Shown here one piece after another: positions 1 through 9,977 of a stretch of DNA of 64,000 nt (the first letter of the stretch is position 1; each line of letters begins with the position of its first letter). A program made the position numbers and the translations under genes. Location: contig OY969811.1 of NCBI GenBank assembly GCA_963703315.1, forward strand, positions 2,336,001-2,400,000, given 5' to 3'. The notes under the pieces were generated by a model. That model saw only the letters and a list, made by a program, of their open reading frames with translations, ran no database searches and was not told the DNA's origin. The stretch comes from an uncultured cyanobacterium (GTDB taxonomy: Bacteria > Cyanobacteriota > Cyanobacteriia > Pseudanabaenales > Pseudanabaenaceae).

Positions 1-2
1 GA

Positions 3-2582
3 TTAGGTGATCGCATACAGGGTAAGCAGATCGACTTCGCAGCAATTACCTTTGATGACAACTACGCAACACCGTTAGATGTCATGGTTGCCTTGCATAA
101 GGATTTACCCGAAATTCCTCTTTTGAAAAGAGATGTTTTGGCAAAAGATGCTTTTAGTGAAAAATATAAGACTTACAAAGAGACACTGGCGAAGCTGAAC
201 AATGCACCAGTTAAAGGTAAGGAAAAAGTTGAGAGCGAGCAGATAGATCGTGTTAAGCAACTGACTAAGCTTTTAGCAAATGCGGGGATTTGGGCAGGCA
301 AAACGGCTGCTTCAGGAGGTGTGATCAATCCGATGACAGAGTTCGCAGCTTCTGTGACAACTACGGCGGTTGGTAGTGTATTAGACCTAACTATTGATGG
401 AGCAGCCTCGGCATTATCGCTAAAAGATAGACTCATGGATGAGCTGTTACTCAAACATGAAGCCACCAAGGATGTAGAGGTGCGCGAGTTAATGCTCAAC
501 CCTTTACCTAAACTTACTCAGGCTTTTGTTGAGAGTTTGGTAAATCATGCTCATAAAACGCCTGTGGTGCTGGTGCTGGATGCCTGTAACAAGGCATCGG
601 TCGATTTTGATACTTGGCTTAGACAGATATTCCTTAAAAATAAAGCTCTAAGGAATAGCCAGATTAGGGTAGTGACAGCAAGGAAAGCTCAGCTACTAAA
701 AAAAGAAGGCTGGAGTGATTTGATCACTGGGGAGCGATTGGTGCAGGAGTTGCCCTTGAAGGAGTTTGAGAAGGATAAGGTCAAGAACTACCTAGAAAAA
801 ATTGGGATTACGGATAAGCGGGAGATTGAGAAATTTTATAAAAGAACTAATGGGTTGCCTTTCCATTTACATCTCATCGCTCAACAAAAGGAGCAGGGTA
901 TTGCCATTGATAGTGATGCGGCGATTGAAGAGCGCTTACTGGGGAAGCTAACCGAAAGCCAGCAAAAACTGATCAAATATGCGGCTTGTTGTCGATGGTT
1001 CGATCGATCAACGATTGGGAGTTCAGCTAATTGGCAGGGGCTAGACTTTGCGAAGGGTGTCGATACTAGTCTTAATTGTTTTGATTGGCTCAAAGAGCGC
1101 GACTTTGTGGAATTTACAGGAAGCAATGGTCGCTATCGTTTAGGTGATGTGGCACGGGATATCATTCACTTATCGTTGGCTCTCAATGAACGCAAACAAA
1201 TTCACGCGCAATTACAGCAATATTTTGAGGATTTGGCTGACCAAGAAGTACCACCAGAGCTTTGGGATGGGGAAAAGTATGAAAATTCTGTTTGGTGTGC
1301 ATATACTGCCGAGGCGATGTATCACGCATTTTTTAATTTGCGGCGCGATGCTTGGCAAGTTTATTTCCTGAAACATTTTTTTGCTTCGAGTTATTTCAAA
1401 CAGCATGAAGTTATGCTCTCACCTGCATTTACTGCGCTTGCTTCGGAGGCGGAATTTGATGACAATCATCTACTACCACAGGAGAACAAAAAGTTTTTGG
1501 AGAGCGCAAAACTGTTATTGTCTTTCGGCTGGCTGTTAATAACTTCCCCACCACTATCTAAGGACAAGAGTGATGAATATAATTTGCCAAAAGCTTTATT
1601 AGAAAGAATTGAAAATGCGATCGAGAAATCCTTAGAAAAGGTTGATGCTTTGCCTGATGGACTCTCAAAATGCATTGCCTTGATTTACAAGTGTTTACGC
1701 GCTCATCGAACTAGAGTGTTGGACATTGCCAAGAAAGCAGAAGCACAAGCTCATCTCCTTGAGACAAAAATTGAGTCAAGCTATTGCAGTCAACTTTTTC
1801 TAGAAGTTGGCAATTTGTTTGATGAATTAAAGAAATATGAAGAAGCGATCATCGATTTTGACAAAGCAATTGAGCTAAATCCTAACAATGCTGGAGCTTG
1901 GGCGTTACGAGGTAAGGCAAAAGTAAATCTACAAAAATATGAAGAAGTGATCGTTGATTTTGACAAGGCAATTGAGCTAAATCCTAGCATTATTGCTGAA
2001 GCTTGGGCGTTGAGAGGTGGTGCAAAAATAAATCTACAAAGATATGAAGAAGCGATCGCTGATTTTGATAAAGCAATTGAGCTAAATCCTAACCTCGCTC
2101 TAGTTTGGATGTTGAGAGGTGTGGCAAAAGGAAACCTGCAAAGGTATGAAGAAGCGATCGCCGATTATGTCAAAGCAATTGAGCTAAATTCTAATTTTGC
2201 TGGAGCTTGGTCGTTGCTAGGAACTGCTTTAACCAGACTTGGACAATATGACCAAGCCCTTGAAAACTTCAATCAGGCTATGCACCTAGACCCCAATAAT
2301 ATACAGTTTCAAATCAATCGAGGGGTCTTGTTTGCTTGGATGGGAAGATATGAGGAAGCAGTTAGGGAGTGCGAACAAGTATTACAACAAAAGCCTGATG
2401 ATGTTGATGCATTATATGGAATGTCTTGCTGCTATGCCTTACAGCGCAACATTGACGAGTCTCTCAAATATCTTGCACTAGCAATCAATCAAAAACCTGA
2501 AGAAACGAAAAATCGAGCCAACAAAGATCCTGAATTTGATGGCATTAGAGAAGCTCCCCGATTTCAGGAGATGAATTACTGA
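3..2582 (+). CDS. STAND-like NTPase-TPR protein (5' end lies beyond the window)
   Basis: Frame is open from base 3 to the ATG at 84. Walker-B-like VVLVLD, STAND-type GxP motif (TNGLPFHL), helical region, then about 7 TPRs (YEEAIxDFDKAIELNP). Confidence 0.8.
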   Translation, partial: LGDRIQGKQIDFAAITFDDNYATPLDVMVALHKDLPEIPLLKRDVLAKDAFSEKYKTYKETLAKLNNAPVKGKEKVESEQIDRVKQLTKLLANAGIWAGKTAASGGVINPMTEFAASVTTTAVGSVLDLTIDGAASALSLKDRLMDELLLKHEATKDVEVRELMLNPLPKLTQAFVESLVNHAHKTPVVLVLDACNKASVDFDTWLRQIFLKNKALRNSQIRVVTARKAQLLKKEGWSDLITGERLVQELPLKEFEKDKVKNYLEKIGITDKREIEKFYKRTNGLPFHLHLIAQQKEQGIAIDSDAAIEERLLGKLTESQQKLIKYAACCRWFDRSTIGSSANWQGLDFAKGVDTSLNCFDWLKERDFVEFTGSNGRYRLGDVARDIIHLSLALNERKQIHAQLQQYFEDLADQEVPPELWDGEKYENSVWCAYTAEAMYHAFFNLRRDAWQVYFLKHFFASSYFKQHEVMLSPAFTALASEAEFDDNHLLPQENKKFLESAKLLLSFGWLLITSPPLSKDKSDEYNLPKALLERIENAIEKSLEKVDALPDGLSKCIALIYKCLRAHRTRVLDIAKKAEAQAHLLETKIESSYCSQLFLEVGNLFDELKKYEEAIIDFDKAIELNPNNAGAWALRGKAKVNLQKYEEVIVDFDKAIELNPSIIAEAWALRGGAKINLQRYEEAIADFDKAIELNPNLALVWMLRGVAKGNLQRYEEAIADYVKAIELNSNFAGAWSLLGTALTRLGQYDQALENFNQAMHLDPNNIQFQINRGVLFAWMGRYEEAVRECEQVLQQKPDDVDALYGMSCCYALQRNIDESLKYLALAINQKPEETKNRANKDPEFDGIREAPRFQEMNY
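1836..2215 (+). repeat. Four near-identical TPR-coding DNA units
   Basis: TATGAAGAAGYGATC...GCAATTGAGCTAAAT recurs at 1836, 1938, 2043 and 2145 (spacing 102/105/102). Confidence 0.85.
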
Positions 2583-2603
2583 TGTTACGTGGAAGTTTTC
2601 TAA

Positions 2604-2680
2604 CCCCCTAAATCCCCCAATTCTGGGGGACTTTGAAAGACTGTCATTTTCTTGTTCCCCCAGAATTGGGGGCTAGGGGG
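2604..2680. repeat. Cyanobacterial GC-rich double-hairpin repeat (CCCCCAGAATTGGGGG type)
   Basis: ccccctaaatcccccaattctggggga ... tcccccagaattgggggctaggggg form an inverted pair, each half itself a hairpin. Confidence 0.8.
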
Positions 2681-2714
2681 CAGATAGATAATTACTGACT
2701 AATTTCTAATAATT

Positions 2715-2830
2715 AACCCGTTGAAACGGGTTGATCTGAAGAATTTTTTAGTCTGCTTTAGCTTTGAGCCAAGAACTTTAGTTCTTGGTTGGTTTGCAAA
2801 TCATACAGAACAAGGCGCTTAAGCGCCTTG
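2715..2830. repeat. Cluster of short REP-like palindromes
   Basis: aacccgttgaaacgggtt, ccaagaactttagttcttgg and caaggcgcttaagcgccttg lie between convergent genes. Confidence 0.6.
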
Positions 2831-2841
2831 CCTTATGCAAA

Positions 2842-4056
2842 TTAACAATTACCTTTAAGTTCAAAAATCCTGTTGATGACATCTTCGACAACGCGATCGG
2901 GGGTTGATGCACCTGAAGTTACACCGACCTTGATCTTGCCTGTGGGTAGCCAGTTTTGGGCTTGCTCGATCGCCTTACCTAAAGGCTTATGTTCAATTAC
3001 CTCCGCCGACAAAATTCGATGGACATCATCAATGTGATAGGAAGGAAGATTCCGTTCGATCGCAATTTCCTGTAAATGGGTAGTATTTGAGGAATTGTAA
3101 CCACCAATCACAATCATCAAATCGATATCTTCTTCGACAATCTCAAACATCGCATCTTGACGTTCTTGGGTCGCATCACAAATTGTATTGAAAGCGAGGA
3201 AATGATCATTGATATGTTCCACGCCATACTTTTGCATCATTGTGCGCTCAAATAGTTTGCCGATCGCTTCCGTCTCTCCCTTCAGCATCGTAGTTTGGTT
3301 GGCTACACCAATTCTTTCCAAATCAACATCTGGATCGAAACCTGCGGACATTGCCTTACTAAACTTGGCTAGAAACTCTTGACGGTCACCCCCATTGAGA
3401 ATGTAAGCAGCCACATACTCGGCTTCTTTCATATTCAGCACTACTAGATAGCGCTTGGCATAGGAACTAGTAGCGATCGTTTCTTCGTGATTGTATTTAC
3501 CGTGAACGATGGAAGTGAAATCAGCTTTTTTATGCTTCTCCACCCGATTCCATACCTTCGATACCCAAGGACAGGTTGTATCAACGATCTTAGAGCCGAG
3601 GCGATCAAATAATTGAGTTTCCTGTACACTAGCTCCAAAGGCTGGCAAAATCACCACATCACCCTGTTCAATGCCAGAAAAATCTTTAGTTCCATCTTGA
3701 TCAACAGGTACAAACTGAACTTCCATTTCCTTGAGCTTAGCATTCACGGAAGGATTATGAATAATCTCATTGGTAATCCAAATACGCTCATTGGGGAACT
3801 GGGTGCGTGTTTCATACGCCATTGCCACTGCTCTTTCAACACCCCAGCAAAAACCAAAGGATTTTGCCAAATAAATCGTCACATCACCTTGCGTATATAC
3901 ATAATTATGTTCGCGAATGGTTTGGATTAAGTCACTGTGATATTGCGATCGCATTGTGGACTCGGCTTCTTCTCCATGTCCAAAGCTTTGCCGAAAATAG
4001 TTAGGAGACTTGTGCAAAGCCCTCCGCATAGCTTGAGTATCGAGCGTGTTATCCAT
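2842..4056 (-). CDS. ispH: 4-hydroxy-3-methylbut-2-enyl diphosphate reductase
   Basis: [33 protein letters not shown] and GVTSGASTP motifs. Confidence 0.97.
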   Translation of the reverse strand: MDNTLDTQAMRRALHKSPNYFRQSFGHGEEAESTMRSQYHSDLIQTIREHNYVYTQGDVTIYLAKSFGFCWGVERAVAMAYETRTQFPNERIWITNEIIHNPSVNAKLKEMEVQFVPVDQDGTKDFSGIEQGDVVILPAFGASVQETQLFDRLGSKIVDTTCPWVSKVWNRVEKHKKADFTSIVHGKYNHEETIATSSYAKRYLVVLNMKEAEYVAAYILNGGDRQEFLAKFSKAMSAGFDPDVDLERIGVANQTTMLKGETEAIGKLFERTMMQKYGVEHINDHFLAFNTICDATQERQDAMFEIVEEDIDLMIVIGGYNSSNTTHLQEIAIERNLPSYHIDDVHRILSAEVIEHKPLGKAIEQAQNWLPTGKIKVGVTSGASTPDRVVEDVINRIFELKGNC

Positions 4057-4106
4057 GCGCTTAGATGATTCTAGGTAATTGTGCTGAAAGTATTATAGCG
4101 TTTCAC

Positions 4107-4157
4107 AGTACGGAGGATTGTTTCCCCGCCTTCGGCGGGGAAACAATCCTCCGTACT
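4107..4157. repeat. Perfect 24-bp palindrome with 3-nt loop (TTC/GAA)
   Basis: agtacggaggattgtttccccgcc-ttc-ggcggggaaacaatcctccgtact, located between divergent genes. Confidence 0.9.
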
Positions 4158-4242
4158 TAAAGTTCCAGTATGTTCTACAGCAATTTTTGGCTTTAATGAT
4201 ATTGTTTGATATTGTTTCACTTACTTATCAGGACTTAGATCA

Positions 4243-4845
4243 ATGAAAAACCCTGCAATTACTAATCATGAGATCCATCCTTTGATTGCTCAGCGATGGA
4301 GTCCTCGTACCTTTGACAGCAAACCTGTGGAAACTGAAAAACTAGCACAGTTATTTGAAGCGGCAAGGTGGTCTTCTTCCTGTTTTAATGATCAACCTTG
4401 GGCATTTATTGTCGCCACCAAGGATGACACTCTGAACTATCAGAAATTACTTGATTGCCTTGTTCCTTTCAACGTCTCATGGGCGCAAGCTGCACCAGTA
4501 TTAGGACTAGTTATCGCTCAAAAAAACTTTAAACATAATGACAAGCCTAATGCTTGGGGAGAGTATGATGCAGGTCAAGCCGCCGCAACTTTAGTATTGC
4601 AAGCAACTGCTTTAGATTTAGTTGCTCACCAAATGGGTGGCTTTGATGCTGAGAAAGCGATCGCTACTTTTAATATTCCTGAAACGGCAAAACCTGTAGC
4701 GGCGATCGCGATCGGCTATGCGGGAGAAACTAGCAATTTGCCACCAGACTTACAAGAGCGAGAAAAGGCTCCACGCGATCGCCAACCTTTAACCAGCTTT
4801 GTCTTTACAGGCGAATGGGGAAGTTCATCTCCATTTATCAGCTAA
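4243..4845 (+). CDS. Nitroreductase family protein
   Basis: RWSPR FMN-binding motif, AARWSSSCFNDQPWAF, HQMGGFD. Confidence 0.92.
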   Translation: MKNPAITNHEIHPLIAQRWSPRTFDSKPVETEKLAQLFEAARWSSSCFNDQPWAFIVATKDDTLNYQKLLDCLVPFNVSWAQAAPVLGLVIAQKNFKHNDKPNAWGEYDAGQAAATLVLQATALDLVAHQMGGFDAEKAIATFNIPETAKPVAAIAIGYAGETSNLPPDLQEREKAPRDRQPLTSFVFTGEWGSSSPFIS

Positions 4846-4890
4846 TACCAAGACACAAAATGGCATAGCCATTTTGTGTCTTGACAACCT

Positions 4891-4923
4891 CAATAGAGAG
4901 GGCGCTGAGCGCCCTCTCTATTG
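4891..4923. terminator. Perfect palindrome between convergent genes (likely bidirectional terminator)
   Basis: caatagagagggcgc-tga-gcgccctctctattg; a second hairpin (caagacacaaaatggc-ata-gccattttgtgtcttg) lies just upstream at about 4849-4883. Confidence 0.65.
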
Positions 4924-4927
4924 CGAT

Positions 4928-5200
4928 TTATAGCAAGCCTGCTTGAGCTAAGCCCAAAATCAAACCTGCGCCAAGAATATGCCCAAAGCTCGTGACACCA
5001 AGCAGTTCAGGCAAACCAAATCCTTCAAACAAACCAGGTAATTCTACAGGTAAGCTAGGTCCAACACCTTTGACCTTAATACCGTAGCGAGCAACAACTA
5101 GAGCAAATAGGTTAGCTGTAATCATGATTAGCGCCACACTAAATGACCAAGTTGGGGTAGTAGGAACTGCGGCAAGTAGGTTAAAAGTTAGATGTGTCAT
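4928..5200 (-). CDS. psaK: Photosystem I subunit PsaK
   Basis: Two TM helices; PELLGVTSFGHILGAGLILGL signature. Confidence 0.95.
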   Translation of the reverse strand: MTHLTFNLLAAVPTTPTWSFSVALIMITANLFALVVARYGIKVKGVGPSLPVELPGLFEGFGLPELLGVTSFGHILGAGLILGLAQAGLL

Positions 5201-5364
5201 AAGTTTTTTTCCTAAGTCTAATTACCTATAATTTTTTTAAATTTACATAATCGTAAAAGGTATTTAGACATCAAAAAATTCTTCTTAAGTTAAATTTATT
5301 AAACTTAGTAATCGTTTACAGTTAATCAAAAAAACAAGCTCACTTCGTGAACTTGTTTTTTTGA

Positions 5365-5481
5365 TTATAGCTATAGTCAGTTATGTTAGGACAAAACCAA
5401 AACCCAAAAGAGAGTGGCGGCGCTTCGCGCCGCCACTCTCTTTTGGGTTTTATGTCGTAACTTGCTTGACTATGGCTATAA
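5365..5481. mobile_element. MITE-like element, family A (TTATAGC...GCTATAA ends, central triloop palindrome)
   Basis: Ends ttatagctatagtca / tgactatggctataa match 14/15; core is a 25-bp perfect stem with TTC loop; homologous copies at 9855 and about 41812. Confidence 0.75.
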
Positions 5482-5483
5482 GT

Positions 5484-7100
5484 TTAGATCTCTTCCAAAA
5501 CTTTGAAACGAACATGATTGAGTGCAAGTTCGCCAATAGAATAGGGCTGAGGTTGAATTGTCTCAAAGAAAATACCTTTGCCGATTTCCACATGATACCA
5601 AGGTAGACCCATAAACCAGCGTGTAGGGTAGGGGCGATCGCCTGTATCATCGGGATTAGATTCCATCGGTAGCCAACCGACGCTAGGAATATAGAATTCA
5701 ATCCAAACGTGATTATAGTATTGATTTAGAGGGATATTCATCACTAATTCACTTTCATGGGGACATTTGTAGCGTCCAACTGTGCGACAAGCGATGCCAT
5801 TTAACCTTGCTAAGGCGAGGAGTAGCCCCACATATTCACCACAAGAGCCTGTACCTCTGACAATTACTTCCTCTGGCGTAGCAATGTAAGGCGTAACCCG
5901 ATAGGAGAGTTTATCGTAGACATAATCACGAATCAGCAGCATTTTTCTTAAAATATTAGTCTCTTCCCCTACCGCTTCTACTGCTGCTGCTTGAATAATG
6001 GGATTGTCCATGCTCAATCCATCATCATCGACTAGATAGAGTTTCTGCATCTCAGGAGATAAGTCTGGCACAAATTCTACTTCACTATCTTTTAGTTCGT
6101 ATTTGATGCCCCGTAACTCTAGAGTTGCTTTCCATCCAAACATTTGGGCTTCTTCTGGTTTTAGATTCCCTAGCTTAAATGCAGCGACGCGCTGACCATC
6201 AACAATTTCTTCTTCAAAGGGAATACCAATTGGCTCGATCGCTAATAACTTTTGGCGATAGGTATCACTCGGATAAGCAACCCGCCATGTGAGGTTATAA
6301 ATAGAAGTTGGTTCTTCCGTAGAAAGTTCTTCGAGATAGATCATTTCTACCTTATAGCCCGTGGTGAGCGTGTAATGTAATTTCCCATCTTGGAACTGGT
6401 TGAACTTAAGCTGATGGATAAATGTTTTTTCGCGTTGAGCAACAGAGAATGGCTCATCTAAATCATTAGGATTCTCGCGGATATAGTTTTCATCCCCTGA
6501 GTAAACTAAATACAGATCACTTCCTAAAAATCCTAGTCCGATCGGATTGGGAAAGGGAGTCAATCCCCGTTGTAAGACTTCACAGGTTTTAGCATTCAGG
6601 CGATAAACTGTTTCTTCAGTGCGATCGCTGACCCATAGTTCTTCACCCACTAATGTTAGGGCTTCAAAACCAGCACCGGGGGCATCCATAATTCGTAACA
6701 AAGTCCGAGTAGCCCGTCCAAATACAAAAATTTTGCCAACTTCGCGAGAACTCACATACACGCCGCCTTCGGATACCGCGATCCCATCAACTTTATTCGG
6801 TAGCTCCATAAATGGTTGCAGATCAAAATCAACCATGTTGCAGTAATAAATTCCATTATCCTTAGCAATCCACAGTGTCTCCCCCGCGATCGCTAAGCCT
6901 GTGGCATCTCGAAATTGTGATGCTGTGTAATTATTCAGTACTGTTGCGCCTTCCGAAAAAGGATCGATTTTAAGCAGATGTCCCTGATAGGCATCAACAG
7001 AAAGCGCATAGGGTTTGCCATTATTTGCATCAGTTTGCCACACTAAACCATGAAGGTTATAAGCGCCAATGGGATAAATCGTGCTTGGTAGGCTAGGCAT
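5484..7100 (-). CDS. Transglutaminase-like domain protein with N-terminal beta-propeller-like region
   Basis: GSCGEY (Cys), NHVWIEFY (His), GWLPME; N-terminal repeated GLAI/GIAV..LWV beta motifs. Confidence 0.85.
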   Translation of the reverse strand: MPSLPSTIYPIGAYNLHGLVWQTDANNGKPYALSVDAYQGHLLKIDPFSEGATVLNNYTASQFRDATGLAIAGETLWIAKDNGIYYCNMVDFDLQPFMELPNKVDGIAVSEGGVYVSSREVGKIFVFGRATRTLLRIMDAPGAGFEALTLVGEELWVSDRTEETVYRLNAKTCEVLQRGLTPFPNPIGLGFLGSDLYLVYSGDENYIRENPNDLDEPFSVAQREKTFIHQLKFNQFQDGKLHYTLTTGYKVEMIYLEELSTEEPTSIYNLTWRVAYPSDTYRQKLLAIEPIGIPFEEEIVDGQRVAAFKLGNLKPEEAQMFGWKATLELRGIKYELKDSEVEFVPDLSPEMQKLYLVDDDGLSMDNPIIQAAAVEAVGEETNILRKMLLIRDYVYDKLSYRVTPYIATPEEVIVRGTGSCGEYVGLLLALARLNGIACRTVGRYKCPHESELVMNIPLNQYYNHVWIEFYIPSVGWLPMESNPDDTGDRPYPTRWFMGLPWYHVEIGKGIFFETIQPQPYSIGELALNHVRFKVLEEI

Positions 7101-7380
7101 AGGGTATTAGGCAGGTGAATAGGCGGATAATTTAGAAAAGCTTTAGGCTTCTTACAAATTCTGATCTGACTTCAAAAGCAACATTACTTCCGTAGCGAAG
7201 GCAACAGAAAGAAATCATTGCCCCAGATGAGACATGAGAAGATTTGCCCACATCACCAATCTTACGACGGAAATGAGGTAAGCAATCTGGTGTAGCTTCG
7301 CTGCTGTGTTAACTTAGTTTGTTGGGGAGGTTAATCTAGCCGTATTTCAATTCAGACGCTAAAAATATTCAAAGCCCTTC

Positions 7381-7482
7381 AGTATCTGGGCATAGTTAAA
7401 AACCAGAGCAGAAACCTGTGGCGCACGCGCAGCGTGCGCCACAGGTTTCTGGGTTGTATATTTAATTGCGCCTAGTTACTTA
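7381..7482. mobile_element. MITE-like element, family B (ends TAAGTA.CT.GGCATAATTAAA...TTTAATT.YGCC..G.TACTTA)
   Basis: Core cagaaacctgtggcgcacgc-gca-gcgtgcgccacaggtttctg; related copies at 8484, 13280 and 31471. Confidence 0.7.
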
Positions 7483-7531
7483 AAAAACATCGTACAGATA
7501 TTACATTTCATCACAATTTTCTGGATCGCAA

Positions 7532-8398
7532 ATGAGGCAATATTCTCTACTCACAACTATTTTGTATATCATCGGTCCAGTACTGATCATTGTCAGTCAT
7601 TTTGGTTCGCTACTCGTTTTCGTTACTGGTTTGTCATGGGGGGCGATCGCTTGGATCGTAACCCTATATTTGATTCGGATGCTTGCCACGACAGGTATTT
7701 ATCACCGATTACTCACCCACAAAAGCTATCAAGCTCCTGCACCCCTCCTATGGGTTGGTAGTATTGTGGCAGCCTCAGCAGGGCAGATGGGACCAAGTTG
7801 GTGGAAAGCGCACCATATTAATCATCATCAACATTCTGATCAAGACTTCGACCCCCATTCTCCCTACACACCTGCTCAGGGGATCAAAGGATTTTATTGG
7901 TCTCAAGGGGGCTGGCTACTGTCCTCGCACTTTTTTCCTGCCAAGCTACCAGCCGATGTCGAAAATGATGTGGTTTTAAAAGTGATTGACCGTTTACATT
8001 TTATTCCTGTAGTAGCACTTGGGGCAGTTTCCTATTGGATTGGTGGGCTGGAATATCTCGGTGCTTTTTTTCTCAGCACAACCCTCCTATTTCATGGGGT
8101 ACAAACCGTAAACTCCCTGAGTCATCTGTGGGGCAAGCGACCATTTATCACTAATGATCATAGTCACAACAATAGCTTGGTAGCATTGCTCACCTTGGGA
8201 GAAGGTTGGCATAATCTCCACCATGCTTTTCAAGCATCTAGTCGGCATGGCATCACTATTAATAATGGTCAAATAGTCTATTTACCAGATCCCACTTTTA
8301 GTTTTATTAAGCTACTAGAGTCGCTCAAGTTAGCATCAAAGTTGAGATTACCTAGCGAAAAAGATTTGTTGGCAAAAGCTAACAATCAAGATTTGTGA
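7532..8398 (+). CDS. Membrane di-iron fatty acid (delta-9-like) desaturase
   Basis: His boxes HRLLTH, HINHH and WHNLHH; TM segments; GEGWHN motif. Confidence 0.92.
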   Translation: MRQYSLLTTILYIIGPVLIIVSHFGSLLVFVTGLSWGAIAWIVTLYLIRMLATTGIYHRLLTHKSYQAPAPLLWVGSIVAASAGQMGPSWWKAHHINHHQHSDQDFDPHSPYTPAQGIKGFYWSQGGWLLSSHFFPAKLPADVENDVVLKVIDRLHFIPVVALGAVSYWIGGLEYLGAFFLSTTLLFHGVQTVNSLSHLWGKRPFITNDHSHNNSLVALLTLGEGWHNLHHAFQASSRHGITINNGQIVYLPDPTFSFIKLLESLKLASKLRLPSEKDLLAKANNQDL

Positions 8399-8483
8399 TA
8401 CCAATTCAAAAAATGGCGTTGCCATTTTCTGAATTGCTCACTTCGGTGCATCGGTATAAAAACTAGGAATTAGCGATCGCCTC

Positions 8484-8561
8484 AAATATAAAGCCATAAA
8501 ACCTGTGGCGCACGCTGCGCGTGCGCCACAGGTTTTATATTTAATTGCGCCCAGCTACTTA
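8484..8561. mobile_element. MITE-like element, family B (left end truncated, preceded by HIP1)
   Basis: ataaaacctgtggcgcacgc-tgc-gcgtgcgccacaggttttat followed by tttaattgcgcccagctactta. Confidence 0.7.
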
Positions 8562-8713
8562 TATAAAATTAGTATAAATTCTTAATCGTTGAAAATTTAA
8601 TAGGTGTTTATAATAAACCCAATTAATAACCTAGTACATTTTGATTAATCTCCATTCCAAAATCAAAATTTCCTCAAGTTATTAATATCTAAGTAGCTCA
8701 GCGAGGAACCGAT

Positions 8714-9847
8714 ATGACTGCTACCAACTTCTTTCCAAGTATTCAACCTCATATCCCTATTGTGGGAGATGCAAATCTAAAAAATCCGATCGCTTACAAA
8801 GCCACAAGATTAATGGCAGGAGCTTTCAATGCCACCCAAATGGCGATGGCAGAAGCCTATATTAACGGTTTAGAAATCCCAGACTCCGTTTTCCGATCGC
8901 TATTGCATACCGCTATGCCGATTTTGTTTAAACATTGTCCTAGCTTACTTGCTCCTTACGAATGGGTATTACAAGAATCTGAACATTTAGCCGAATCTTC
9001 ACGAGAGCTAATGAAGGTGCAGTATGACCTTCCACAAGAAATGTTGAACCCCATGCTAGGCGATTGGCAAACTATCTATCCCAAATACAGCACTGGCTTT
9101 TGGGAGAACGGCGCGATCGATCTTGAACAATCACAAATGCATATGCTCGATCAGGTGATTGAACGCCTCGGAATCGTTGACGGTGACAATATTTTGGATT
9201 TTGGTTGTGGCTGGGGCTGTGTACCTAATTACATTATGTCCAAGTTTCCCAATGTCAGATTTACGGGTCTGAACCTGAGTCATCAGCAGTGTGAATATAT
9301 GCGCGGTAAAATGCAAGACCCAAGCAGTTTCCTGAGTTCAGGGCGATTTACTTTGCATGAAGGAGATTTGAATGAGGCACAATTTACAGAAAAGTTTGAC
9401 AAAATTCTCTCTATCGGAGTCTTTTGTCATGTTGGCAATTTAACCAATGCTTTCCAAAAGCTAGCTTCTTTTTTGAAACAGGATGGAAAAGTATTCATTC
9501 ACATCATCACTGTACGGATTCCAAACCATATGTCATCGGGCTTTACCCACAAGTACATTTTCCCTCATGGACGCTATTGGAATTATGATGCTGTTCCTAA
9601 CCATAACCGCGATCTAAAAACTGTCAATCGCTGGTACATGAATGGCATCAACTATCACAAAACCTTGACTGCATGGTTAGAGAGATTTGATGAGTCTCAA
9701 GATCTAGTTAAGTCTTTAGACTATGGCATGGACTACGCTAAATTCCGCCGCATCTGGCGCTTCTATTTACTACTACTAGGTACAATTTTTGCGACTTGTG
9801 ACGGTGAGTACAATGGCAATGGTCAATATCTGATGACTCATGCATGA
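8714..9847 (+). CDS. SAM-dependent methyltransferase, cyclopropane-fatty-acyl synthase (CFA/CMAS)-like
   Basis: LDFGCGWG SAM motif, PKYS..FW, KYIFP.G, YHKTLTAWLERF; GAGGA RBS. Confidence 0.85.
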   Translation: MTATNFFPSIQPHIPIVGDANLKNPIAYKATRLMAGAFNATQMAMAEAYINGLEIPDSVFRSLLHTAMPILFKHCPSLLAPYEWVLQESEHLAESSRELMKVQYDLPQEMLNPMLGDWQTIYPKYSTGFWENGAIDLEQSQMHMLDQVIERLGIVDGDNILDFGCGWGCVPNYIMSKFPNVRFTGLNLSHQQCEYMRGKMQDPSSFLSSGRFTLHEGDLNEAQFTEKFDKILSIGVFCHVGNLTNAFQKLASFLKQDGKVFIHIITVRIPNHMSSGFTHKYIFPHGRYWNYDAVPNHNRDLKTVNRWYMNGINYHKTLTAWLERFDESQDLVKSLDYGMDYAKFRRIWRFYLLLLGTIFATCDGEYNGNGQYLMTHA

Positions 9848-9854
9848 TTCATCA

Positions 9855-9950
9855 TTATAGCTGTACCAAACCCAAAAAGAGAGTTGCGGCGCTTCGCGCC
9901 GCAACTCTCTTTTTGGGTTTATGTCTTAACTTACTTGGCTATGGCTATAA
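9855..9950. mobile_element. MITE-like element, family A
   Basis: ttatagc...aaacccaaaaagagagttgcggcgc-ttc-gcgccgcaactctctttttgggttt...ctatggctataa. Confidence 0.75.
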
Positions 9951-9977
9951 CAACACCCCCCTTTGGGGGCTTTGTTG

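Noticed and set aside
1836..2215. Diversity-generating retroelement template/variable repeats
   Set aside because: The repeats are tandem in-frame TPR units and no reverse transcriptase lies in the window.
5361..5606. 81-aa ORF (KREWRRFAPPLSFGF)
   Set aside because: It is a translation of the family-A repeat plus antisense of the transglutaminase gene.
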